From a virus (lineage: Duplodnaviria; Heunggongvirae; Uroviricota; Caudoviricetes): a stretch of DNA of 41,609 nt. The stretch lies in IMG/VR virus record IMGVR_UViG_2939152649_000003; one strand, written 5' to 3'. The notes under the pieces are model-generated. The model worked only from the letters and a program-made list of their open reading frames with translations. It was not told where the DNA came from and made no database searches. This document shows positions 27,895 to 35,565 of this stretch, one piece after another. The position numbers and the translations under genes were made by a program. How positions within the stretch are numbered: the stretch's first letter is position 1; every line of letters starts with the position of its first letter.

Positions 27895-27912
27895 AATGGC
27901 CCCCATTGCACG

Positions 27913-27932
27913 TACTGTGTTTTTATACAGTA
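27913..27932. promoter_or_regulatory. LexA (SOS) box TACTGTGTTTTTATACAGTA
   Basis: Matches CTG-N10-CAG with palindromic TACTG...CAGTA ends, 19 bp upstream of the dinI-like start. Confidence 0.7.
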
Positions 27933-27992
27933 TACCTATGCGCGGAAATGATCAACGTTTTAAGAGCACAAATTGTTAATTTTCTGTCAGTA

Positions 27993-28022
27993 GTAAAAAA
28001 AGAAAACCCGCCGTAGCGGGTT
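27993..28022 (-). terminator. Intrinsic terminator (minus strand) at the accessory-island boundary
   Basis: AACCCGC-CGTA-GCGGGTT with UUCUUUUUUUACUA downstream on the minus strand. Confidence 0.5.
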
Positions 28023-28373
28023 GAATTAGCAGTGTTATATTAAGCGGCAATTTCTTTCTGCCGGCACAATCCCGAGAGATTCGCCCTCTGTATCGCATCA
28101 TCAATGAGCACCTGTATGACCATGAGGCAAAGCGTTATCCAACTTGCATTCATCTTTTTCAATCAGCAAAGGAGTGGTTAGTGCTGTGAGTGGGCTTTGT
28201 TCACTTCATGGTAGATAAATCAGCTATGGATAAGTGATAAGAGGTGAAATCAATCCGAATTAACAACCTGAAGCACATTAATCGGAACACAGATATTAAA
28301 ATCCTAAAGTCTAGTAACAAATAGCCGATATGAGATATTGCTTATCAGTTTAAAAATCATCTATTGAAAAAAT

Positions 28374-28380
28374 GGGGGGG
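28374..28380. repeat. Homopolymeric G7 tract at the 5' end of ORF 28386..28991
   Basis: ATG at 28372 runs into GGGGGG. With G7 that ATG is out of frame and stops after 5 codons; G8 would put it in frame with the 201-aa ORF. Confidence 0.9.
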
Positions 28381-28385
28381 AGGCG

Positions 28386-28991
28386 TTGAAGCGAGTAGAG
28401 CGCGATTTTATCTGTCTGTTTAATTGTGTGTGGTATCAAGATTTCCCTGTGTTCAAAGGTGAATATATCAACCGTTCCAACTGGACCATTCATGTTGGCC
28501 TGGTCATGCGCGAGTGTGCAAAGTTAATGGGCGCAAGAACATTTTTTGAACAAGGCGGGCGTACCGATGCGGTCCTACAATATCCAGACAATCAAATTTT
28601 AACCTATGTTGAGTGGGAGTATAATCAGGCAGACAGAGATAGCGTTAACGAGTTAGACAAACTGCTTGAAAAAAACGACAAGTGCTATTTCTCCACATTC
28701 ATCTCATATTGTCAGCATGAAAACATCAATATTGTTATTGAAAAAGCAAGTAGAATATGGAGTGAAGCAAGCAGGCCTTTGATTTTTTTTCTTATCACCT
28801 ATGAGCCTCAAACGAAAAAACGCCGCCATTTTTTAGAACTCAGAACTTATTTTTTCTCAAACGGCAAAAGAAAACTAGTTCGCAAACAACCTGCGCTTCC
28901 ATGGGATATTGAGCAACGAAATACAATGTCGAAGAAGATGCAGGATAGAAGAGACATAAGGTTTTCACGACAGTCTCGTTTCGAGCCCTAA
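28386..28991 (+). CDS. Hypothetical 201-aa protein (AT-rich accessory gene)
   Basis: ORF beginning at TTG 28386. Contains YPDNQILTYVEWEY and IVIEK, faintly reminiscent of a PD-(D/E)xK nuclease core. Confidence 0.5.
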   Translation: MKRVERDFICLFNCVWYQDFPVFKGEYINRSNWTIHVGLVMRECAKLMGARTFFEQGGRTDAVLQYPDNQILTYVEWEYNQADRDSVNELDKLLEKNDKCYFSTFISYCQHENINIVIEKASRIWSEASRPLIFFLITYEPQTKKRRHFLELRTYFFSNGKRKLVRKQPALPWDIEQRNTMSKKMQDRRDIRFSRQSRFEP

Positions 28992-29171
28992 CTAAAATAT
29001 TCTGTTCGGAGCAACCAAATAGCTCTGGCTTTGCTGTGACCATGTTCGCGGTACCAACGCCTCTCTAGGTCCGCTTCTCGCTCATGGTGGACCAAAATCA
29101 AATCTAAAATGACGTGGCTAAGCGGGAGTACATAGTGAATGACAGGATGCTCCGGGCAGCACCATACTAAT

Positions 29172-29369
29172 TCAGTTCCCGTCAGAGGTAGGCGTTGCTT
29201 CATGATGGGATGAGCGCTCCCTCCAGACAATCCATGCGACAGCCGCCTCCCATGATATATATCCATTACCGCCATTTTTCGCTCTGCGGAGATTAACTGC
29301 ATCACCAAACCTTTCAATGATGAATTTTTCAAATTCTATGCGTTTTTCTTCGTCGATTGTTGAATCCAT
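29172..29369 (-). CDS. Hypothetical small protein
   Basis: 65-aa ORF MDSTIDEEKRIEFEKFIIERFGDAVNLRRAKNGGNGYISWEAAVAWIVW... Preferred over the overlapping 28988..29332 ORF; low certainty. Confidence 0.3.
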   Translation of the reverse strand: MDSTIDEEKRIEFEKFIIERFGDAVNLRRAKNGGNGYISWEAAVAWIVWRERSSHHEATPTSDGN

Positions 29370-29648
29370 ACCTTCCCCAGAAGAGTCCTACGAATCGCTC
29401 TTATTGCATAAAAAATAGCATATACAATAGAGAGTGAAAAACCGACGTAGCGGGTTAACTTTATGTTACTCATGAGTCTTGTCTCGCTGCGACTTAAAAG
29501 CGGAACATTCTCGCGCAAGTTGCGTTGCTAAAGCTACGGGGTTGAATGGCTCTCCATGCCCATTTAAGAAGGCATGCGGTGTGTAGTTGAACGTTATTTA
29601 AAACACAGATAGAATCAAGAAAAATCCTAAATAAATGGAATATTGTTT

Positions 29649-30029
29649 ATGGCTAAGAAAATCGCATTACTGGGCTTTTCTGCTCTTTTTGTTGCAAGTG
29701 TTGCTTTTGCTGAAACGACAAGTAACTGGGTTGAGGTTACTACAGCTGATGATGGCATTTTTTCAGCAAAAAAAGGCACATTTAGAAATGTAAAAGGTGA
29801 TTCATCTGCCTTGTTCATGTATCAAACAAAAAATAAAAAAGTAGAGTACTACAAAGTTAGTATTAAAGATGCCGACTGTGATAGTGGATATGGGGAGATA
29901 AGATTCTTCTATATGGATGGGAAATTAGCTTTCAAAGGTGATTATGTTGCTGATGGGAACAGTGTTGGCGCAGGTATTGGTGATTTTATGTGTGGGGTCA
30001 GAATTGGACTTAACACACAAAAAAGTTAA
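29649..30029 (+). CDS. Secreted hypothetical protein
   Basis: MAKKIALLGFSALFVASVAFA-ETTSN is a typical signal peptide with an AFA-E cleavage site. AT-rich gene. Confidence 0.6.
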   Translation: MAKKIALLGFSALFVASVAFAETTSNWVEVTTADDGIFSAKKGTFRNVKGDSSALFMYQTKNKKVEYYKVSIKDADCDSGYGEIRFFYMDGKLAFKGDYVADGNSVGAGIGDFMCGVRIGLNTQKS

Positions 30030-30069
30030 ATGAGGGGCATTTGTTAAAAAACAATAGCCCCACATTAGA

Positions 30070-30272
30070 TCAATATTGGCTCCGGCATTTCTGGATAAAA
30101 GCTTCTATGCTACGGCGCTCATAGCGAACAACCTTAGCGCTGAACTTTACACGGGGCCAATGTAGACCGGTGTCGGTGTTCTGTATTCCATTTACATAAT
30201 GTTTTTTTGCGTAATTCCCAGCTTCTGGCATACCTCGCCCGGAGTGAGGAGATCATCAGGTTGCTCAGTCAT
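30070..30272 (-). pseudogene. AlpA/Xis-like regulator remnant, disrupted by two frameshifts
   Basis: ATG at 30272 (GAGG RBS) gives MTEQPDDLLTPGEVCQKLGITQKN then a stop. The next frame reads TLCKWNTEH and the third reads GLHWPRVKFSAKVVRYERRSIEAFIQ. Joined, these form a 66-aa AlpA-like protein. Confidence 0.45.
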
Positions 30273-30444
30273 GTTATGCCTCGCTGTTATCTGGGGTGAT
30301 GATTAGCAGCTTCCAGATGGCTGAGACATACATAGCCTGATGTTTCGCATCGACTAGGGCATTATGCATGTCACCTTCAAACGGCATGTCCCGAGTTCTC
30401 CCTTTTCGCCGCTTTCGCGTCGCATATTCTCCAAACGGTATTTA

Positions 30445-31002
30445 TCAATCATTACTGTTATCCTCGCAGTAGTAGTGCCGTCCCTCTGGGTCAGTAGATA
30501 CATGTCCGCAGATATCGCATTCAATTCCAGGAAGCACCGATTCTGACTGCGCTTTGATATGCAGTCGCGGTTCACCGTCTTTCGGCTCTGGCCACTGGCG
30601 GTTTTTGTTAACCGCCAGCTTTTCTACCATCGCCAGGGTAATCTGCTTATCACTGATACCGGCACGACGTTGCGCATCCCATAACAGGAATTGCATGTCA
30701 GCCCATTCGCTCATCTCGTCTGGTTCCGCAGCAGCCTCGATAGCTTCTTTGGAAAGGTGCTTCAGCGGACCAACTGGACCGACATCGCCGAATGTTTCAT
30801 CTGACCATGCTGCATGTTCACAGCGTACCTGCTCACGGGCTATCGACTCCAGAACCCCATCAATCACCTTCACTGCATCAGCCATTGCGTAGCCGAGATT
30901 ACCGCCGTCGCTTTGTGCTGCTGCTTTGCTGAGTATTTCGCGTATCTGGTGCAAGCGATCAAGTGATACAGGACCGTGCGCCGGGTGGTTGTTAGTTGTC
31001 AT
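30445..31002 (-). CDS. Hypothetical protein (DUF550-like nucleotide pyrophosphohydrolase domain?)
   Basis: 185-aa ORF. The domain assignment is from memory only. Confidence 0.4.
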   Translation of the reverse strand: MTTNNHPAHGPVSLDRLHQIREILSKAAAQSDGGNLGYAMADAVKVIDGVLESIAREQVRCEHAAWSDETFGDVGPVGPLKHLSKEAIEAAAEPDEMSEWADMQFLLWDAQRRAGISDKQITLAMVEKLAVNKNRQWPEPKDGEPRLHIKAQSESVLPGIECDICGHVSTDPEGRHYYCEDNSND

Positions 31003-31005
31003 GGG

Positions 31006-31206
31006 TTAGTCCTCTACCTTGTTTCCGCAATGCGGGCAGTAATTGAACTTATGGGCGAATCCAGGATGCGGAACGGCAAAGCGTTTGGTTTTCTCGTTCC
31101 AGTCAGCAATTACGATTTCAAAATTTACGACCGCATTAGCCCAGTCACTGGAAAGAACTGGCTGCGACCCAATCAGGCCGACTATACAGCGATTACATTT
31201 TTCCAC
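31006..31206 (-). CDS. Small zinc-ribbon protein
   Basis: 66-aa ORF with CxxC...CxxC (CNRC...CPHC). Confidence 0.45.
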   Translation of the reverse strand: MEKCNRCIVGLIGSQPVLSSDWANAVVNFEIVIADWNEKTKRFAVPHPGFAHKFNYCPHCGNKVED

Positions 31207-31210
31207 TGAC

Positions 31211-31405
31211 TCACACCCCCTTCACGCCAATGCCAGCAGTAAATCGCGACGGTGACCAATCGCAATATGTGTTCGACTCCGTGTGTCCAAAAATTGCTTT
31301 ACAACGATGGATATGGTGGCAATTACCACATGTTATGCCAGCCGGTAATCGCATCTTGTCGGGATCGGCTGGGTCATAATTCAACGCCAGTTTTTCGGTT
31401 GTCAT
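31211..31405 (-). CDS. Small Cys/His-rich protein
   Basis: 64-aa ORF with CGNCHHIHRC. Confidence 0.4.
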   Translation of the reverse strand: MTTEKLALNYDPADPDKMRLPAGITCGNCHHIHRCKAIFGHTESNTYCDWSPSRFTAGIGVKGV

Positions 31406-31740
31406 GCTGGCATCCTCCCCACGATATCTATAACCCGACGCATAACCGCACTTCCCCGAAAATCTGCTGGTAACTCAATCAGAGGCTTACTCGAACCGTA
31501 TGAGAATCGTTGGAGATCGAAATCAATTACAGCCTTTGGGTCCCTGAACAAATCTAGACGACCGTAACGAATGAGTTCGCCGCGTTCGGCTGCTACGCGG
31601 AAATACTTCTCAGCAGTCTGACGATGCAGCGACAACATCTGTGATGCCTCGCTAACGGTTAAGCGTCCACGGATTTTCACCTCTTCGATGATCACCCGGA
31701 TAAGTGCCGCCTGCTCTTCTGGTGTATTTGGTCTTGGCAT
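31402..31740 (-). CDS. Hypothetical protein downstream of the O-like gene (P position)
   Basis: 112-aa ORF coupled to the O-like gene. Too small for lambda P or a DnaC-like loader. Confidence 0.4.
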   Translation of the reverse strand: MPRPNTPEEQAALIRVIIEEVKIRGRLTVSEASQMLSLHRQTAEKYFRVAAERGELIRYGRLDLFRDPKAVIDFDLQRFSYGSSKPLIELPADFRGSAVMRRVIDIVGRMPA

Positions 31741-31742
31741 GC

Positions 31743-32687
31743 TTACCCCCTGAATCCGGGTGGGATTGTTTTGTCTGGCTCAGAAATGCGGTTCACATCC
31801 CTGCCCGTTTTGCGAGCGTTGAGAGCGAACTTCGGTTTAAACAGTCCCTGGTACCCGTTGGCGATACTGGTGTTGATCACATCAACGGGGTCATGCCCAG
31901 CGTCCAGGCAAGCCTTGAGCAACTTGAATGCTTTGGTGACCGTCATTTCGGTCTTGATGGCTTTGCCAGACTGTTGGCGGTAGGCCACCCACTCACTCCA
32001 GGACACAGAATCAAGCCACTCAGGAACGGGAATCGTCAGCGGGTCAAACTTACCCTTCCCCTTTGGGGGATTAGAGGGGGTTAGATCTGTATTTATATTT
32101 GTATTTGGAAGAATGTCTTTGGTGTTCCCTGTTTTCAGGGATACCTCTCCCTGTTTTTGGGGATGGTTATCCCCGTTTTCAGGGATGATTGAAGGGGTAA
32201 AATTGCTATCCCTGAATTCAGGGATGGTAATAACCCATGTGACAACTTCAGCAGCAGGAAACACCGCTGGACACTTCATGCAATTTGGCTTGGTATACGC
32301 CCATTTATCCAGGCTGGTATTAATCCCTATGTATCTGGTTTGCCCAATGCGGCGCAGGATGATGATGTTCCGATAGGCAAGGCTCAACACGGCTTCAGAG
32401 ACGTGTTTCACCTTCAGCGTCGTTTTATCTGCAATGAGGCTATTGGCGATGCGGTCAGAACTCTTAGACCAGCCATAGGTCAGACGAACGATAGCATTCA
32501 GCACCCGGAACTCGCGCCCGGATAGTTCGACGATACACAGGGCATCCTGAATCTGGTTGGCCAGGCGCAAATAGCCTTTCTCCAGTTCAGCCATGCTGCT
32601 CTCCTGTTTCCCCTGCTGTGTGGGGAATTTGAATATTTCAGCGGTATTTGACATACTGTTCTCCGCAATTACGCACAGTTTTTGCAC
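31743..32687 (-). CDS. Replication initiator protein (lambda O-like)
   Basis: N-terminal region resembles the O N-terminal domain (LSGREFRVLNAIVRLTYGW). Pro/Asn/Thr-rich linker. Ori-type iterons lie inside the coding sequence. Confidence 0.7.
   Translation of the reverse strand: MQKLCVIAENSMSNTAEIFKFPTQQGKQESSMAELEKGYLRLANQIQDALCIVELSGREFRVLNAIVRLTYGWSKSSDRIANSLIADKTTLKVKHVSEAVLSLAYRNIIILRRIGQTRYIGINTSLDKWAYTKPNCMKCPAVFPAAEVVTWVITIPEFRDSNFTPSIIPENGDNHPQKQGEVSLKTGNTKDILPNTNINTDLTPSNPPKGKGKFDPLTIPVPEWLDSVSWSEWVAYRQQSGKAIKTEMTVTKAFKLLKACLDAGHDPVDVINTSIANGYQGLFKPKFALNARKTGRDVNRISEPDKTIPPGFRG
32126..32224. repeat. Replication origin iterons (4 copies) inside the O-like gene
   Basis: TCCCTGTTTTCAGGGA (32126), TCCCTGTTTTTGGGGA (32148), TCCCCGTTTTCAGGGA (32170) and TCCCTGAATTCAGGGA (32209), the first three at 22-bp spacing, beside an AT-rich stretch at 32085..32115. 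Confidence 0.7.
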
Positions 32688-32738
32688 CTGAAAGCCGTTG
32701 GTGTTCGAGCACCGCGGCTTTCGCCATTTCTGAGCCCG

Positions 32739-33296
32739 TCATAGCGCACCACCCAGCATCGTTGTAACCATCGCCATAATGGGCGCCACAGAATCAGGTC
32801 CGTCCAGGTAGAGCTTGGCTACGATGCTCTCGCTGATTTCCTTCATCCGTTCGTGTCTGGGGGCTTTGAGGACGACAGCCTGTATCGCCTCAGCGTCTTC
32901 TTTCACCGACCTGGCGACACGAACCGCAAAGCAGTCGTGCTTAATCACGCGATCCCGGTACGCCAGCGGCAGAACCGAAATTATTACCGGCGCCAGCTGC
33001 TCGACGTTCGCCCGGTAGGCCGGTGATTTCTCGTGGTTGTCCAGCCAGCGAAACAGCTTCACGTTCCACACATCGGCGCTGCCGGTCATGTCAATGCTGT
33101 CAAGCTCGGCCTGTTCGGCAGCCTCTTTAATCGCCAGAGCGACCGCCACGCGGCCCTCTGCCGCCGCCCAGGCGCGGACGGCAGAACAGATAGCCCGGTG
33201 ATCGACCGGCTGGCCTTCAGCCTCACTGTGTTGATACTGGAATTTCAGGTGCTCTGATGGCGCTCTGTTATTCTGTTGAAAAGAAAGTGTTTGCAT
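32739..33296 (-). CDS. Putative early regulator (CII-like / YdaT-like)
   Basis: 185-aa ORF directly downstream of the Cro-like gene and upstream of the O-like gene. Assigned by position. Confidence 0.4.
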   Translation of the reverse strand: MQTLSFQQNNRAPSEHLKFQYQHSEAEGQPVDHRAICSAVRAWAAAEGRVAVALAIKEAAEQAELDSIDMTGSADVWNVKLFRWLDNHEKSPAYRANVEQLAPVIISVLPLAYRDRVIKHDCFAVRVARSVKEDAEAIQAVVLKAPRHERMKEISESIVAKLYLDGPDSVAPIMAMVTTMLGGAL

Positions 33297-33307
33297 TGTC
33301 AGTGCTC

Positions 33308-33526
33308 CTACTTTGGTAATCCGTCAGTGGGATTTGGATAGAGATCAGGGCGCAGCTCGTGGGGGGTTACGCCTGTCATTTTGAAAATCGGGAAGATATA
33401 GCTTGGCGGGACGATCCCTTGGTCACGATTCTTCCAATGACTTACAGACATACTCGTCACACCAAGCGCGATGCTGAGCTTTCTGGCAGAGCCAGCGGCT
33501 TTAATTGCTTTATCGAGTGCGGACAT
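33308..33526 (-). CDS. Cro-like HTH regulator (YdaS/DicC-like)
   Basis: 72-aa HTH protein (KLSIALGVTSMSVSHWK) divergent from the repressor gene. AGGAG RBS. Confidence 0.65.
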   Translation of the reverse strand: MSALDKAIKAAGSARKLSIALGVTSMSVSHWKNRDQGIVPPSYIFPIFKMTGVTPHELRPDLYPNPTDGLPK

Positions 33527-33555
33527 GTGCTTCTCCTGCTTATTGATAGCAGAAG

Positions 33556-33618
33556 TAAACCACAGATTTATACTTCATGCAAACTTTGGATTTATTGCGT
33601 GCATAAACCAAATATTTA
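33556..33618. promoter_or_regulatory. Right operator region with three operator repeats and divergent promoters
   Basis: TAAACCACAGATTTA (33556), CAAACTTTGGATTTA (33580) and TAAACCAAATATTTA (33604) at exact 24-bp spacing. A TTGCGT-16-TACAAT promoter would start transcription at or near the repressor ATG. Confidence 0.55.
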
Positions 33619-33628
33619 CAATGACCAT

Positions 33629-34018
33629 ATGAGAAAAGAAGAACCCAACCTCGTTCTGGTGGAGCGCCTTACTGAGATCACTGATCGCGGCGTTACCAAA
33701 GCAGACATGGCAAGAATAGCTGGAGTCACCCCTCAGGCCGTAAACGGCTGGTTCAAAAAAGGCGTGATTAGTAAGAAATCGGCACTGGCCATAGCCGACG
33801 CTGTTGGTATTTCTGTCGCCTGGCTACTCGGTGAAGACGTTGGGGAGAAAGACGGTCTCAAACCGGACGAACAGCGTTTGCTCGAGCTCTACCGCCAGTT
33901 ACCGGAAGAAGAGCAGCAGAACATGCTCCGCATTTTTGCGCTTCGCCTGAAAGAGTTAGATGAGCTGTACGAGAAGTACATGAAGGGTCGGATTCGATCG
34001 CAAGGTGAGCAAACCTAA
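33629..34018 (+). CDS. DicA-like phage repressor (HTH, no peptidase domain)
   Basis: 130-aa product with an N-terminal HTH (ITDRGVTKADMARIAGVTPQAVNGWFKKG). The C-terminus (LKPDEQRLLELYRQLPEEEQQNMLRIFALRLKELDELYEKYMKGR) parallels DicA as recalled. ATG sits directly after the third operator. Confidence 0.75.
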   Translation: MRKEEPNLVLVERLTEITDRGVTKADMARIAGVTPQAVNGWFKKGVISKKSALAIADAVGISVAWLLGEDVGEKDGLKPDEQRLLELYRQLPEEEQQNMLRIFALRLKELDELYEKYMKGRIRSQGEQT

Positions 34019-34082
34019 ACCAGTAGTATCTAATTCCATGTAATAAAAATATTTCAAGATTTAATATCTTCTGGAGGATTCG

Positions 34083-34364
34083 GTGTCTAAAGAAACAACC
34101 GTCGAACTTATGCATCTTAATGATGTAATCGAAGCGAAAAATTTCATCGAGACCAATGCTGACGGTGTCGTAACAATCGGCACACAAAATGCCGGTTACG
34201 AAGTTTACAATTTTGTGTTCCTGAATAGCAGCCCGATCATCGGTACGGATAATGCGGATATAGTCGTCAAGGGCATGCAGCGAACCAAAGTTGTGTCTGT
34301 GACTTTAAGCAAACAAAAGGCTTATGATTTTTATCAATCCTTAAAAAGTATGTTTGAGGAATAA
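34083..34364 (+). CDS. Hypothetical protein A (immunity-operon accessory gene)
   Basis: 93-aa ORF with a GTG start 5 nt after a GGAGG RBS. AT-rich, co-oriented and 64 bp downstream of the repressor. Confidence 0.6.
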   Translation: MSKETTVELMHLNDVIEAKNFIETNADGVVTIGTQNAGYEVYNFVFLNSSPIIGTDNADIVVKGMQRTKVVSVTLSKQKAYDFYQSLKSMFEE

Positions 34365-34367
34365 TAA

Positions 34368-34892
34368 TTGATGGATGCGGCTCAATCATCTCTTGGTGAA
34401 GGGAAGTTATTGATTGCATATTCAGACCATAGCGGAGCTACAGTAGGCTTAGAGTTTTCATCAGTAGCTTCGAGCCAAGCAACCTTCCTTATGGGTGCTT
34501 GTAGTTTTGCCGCTTCGGATAAACAAAAACGGATTGTCACATCAGTTGCTATGGATGATACTGAAATCATTCATACGTCAACTGAAGATGGAGGTGACGA
34601 CATGGAAAAGAGATTGGCTATTCTTGAGGTTGAAGTTGCCCACATCAAGAAAGATGTTGCCGAGATAAAAAACACAGTTTCAAAAGTTGATACGACAGTG
34701 AATTCACTGGACAAAAATATGGCTGTAGTTTTGGAGAGGCTGTCTAGTATCAAAGAGTCTGTAGACAAAAAGCCCTCATCAGACACAGTGGACAAGAAAA
34801 TCTCTGATGCTAAATTGGCGATTCTCTTAGGTGTCCCTGCGATTATCGCCATTGGTACAGGGCTGTACAAAGCTTTTATGCACTTCTTTTAG
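34368..34892 (+). CDS. Hypothetical membrane-anchored coiled-coil protein B (XhlA/holin-like C-terminus)
   Basis: 174-aa product with a central heptad-like coiled coil and a single C-terminal TM helix (LAILLGVPAIIAIGTGLYKAFMHFF). Start is 4-7 bp after the stop of gene A. Confidence 0.65.
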   Translation: MMDAAQSSLGEGKLLIAYSDHSGATVGLEFSSVASSQATFLMGACSFAASDKQKRIVTSVAMDDTEIIHTSTEDGGDDMEKRLAILEVEVAHIKKDVAEIKNTVSKVDTTVNSLDKNMAVVLERLSSIKESVDKKPSSDTVDKKISDAKLAILLGVPAIIAIGTGLYKAFMHFF

Positions 34893-34966
34893 TCAGATTT
34901 GGTCAATACGCCTGAGTTATAAGGCTCTCAGCTACTAACTCTGTCGCCTTCCCCGAACCTTCTCAT

Positions 34967-34992
34967 CCCGACCACGCGTCGGGATTTTTTTT
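34967..34992 (+). terminator. Intrinsic terminator closing the repressor-A-B operon
   Basis: CCCGAC-CACGC-GTCGGG followed by ATTTTTTTT. Confidence 0.7.
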
Positions 34993-35031
34993 GCCTGCGA
35001 TTCTGCAGACGTGTCACAAAACCCAGCCACA

Positions 35032-35095
35032 TAAACCTCAGATTTACAACTAACACTAACCTTAAGTTGACACATATATAAACCAGTGATTTAAT
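35032..35095 (+). promoter_or_regulatory. Early-left promoter (pL-like) with two operator repeats
   Basis: TTGACA (35067) - 17 bp - TTTAAT (35090). Operator copies TAAACCTCAGATTTA (35032) and TAAACCAGTGATTTA (35079); the second overlaps the -10. Confidence 0.6.
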
Positions 35096-35347
35096 CTAAC
35101 TCACCAAGACGCACCACGAACCACCCAGGCATGGAGCCCACGAAGTAGCCGTCCGGGGCATACGAAAACCGGAATGAGGTGGTGATATTAACGCGCAGTA
35201 GGTTTGAAACGTTCCGCCAGCCTGGCGACAAGGGCAAACACAGAAGTGAGCTTCGCGGTGGTGAATTGCAGAGTTAAAACGCTCAACTGTGAAGATCAGC
35301 GTCACGGCACCACCAGCGAAGTTCACTCAGCAATAGTGGAGAACATC

Positions 35348-35554
35348 ATGGTTCATCAGCACTACGGTACACAGACAGTAAACCGCGGCGCAGTTCAGCC
35401 GGGGATGCTTGTAAAACACAAAGACTCAACCTGGACCGCATCTGCTAACGCACGCGGTCGCCTGTATCTTCACCGTGGCATCGAACGTACCTACACCAAA
35501 GATTTGCTGGTTGAGGTTTATCTAAACGGTTTAGGACATGGCCTTAGCCATTAA
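35348..35554 (+). CDS. Hypothetical early protein
   Basis: 68-aa ORF from MVHQHYGTQ with a GGAGAA RBS. The ORF-track start at 35204 is less convincing. Confidence 0.4.
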   Translation: MVHQHYGTQTVNRGAVQPGMLVKHKDSTWTASANARGRLYLHRGIERTYTKDLLVEVYLNGLGHGLSH

Positions 35555-35565
35555 CGGAGTGAGTT

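Noticed and set aside
28988-29332. 114-aa minus-strand ORF in the accessory island
   Set aside because: It overlaps the more protein-like 29172..29369 ORF in another frame and has unusual composition. Neither is certain, so only the latter is listed, at low confidence.
30354-30575. 73-aa minus-strand ORF overlapping the 3' end of the DUF550-like gene
   Set aside because: It overlaps a longer, better-supported gene and has no RBS.
35204-35347. Long form of the first early-left ORF starting at 35204
   Set aside because: The N-terminal 48 residues lack an RBS and look non-coding. The internal start at 35348 has a strong GGAGAA RBS.
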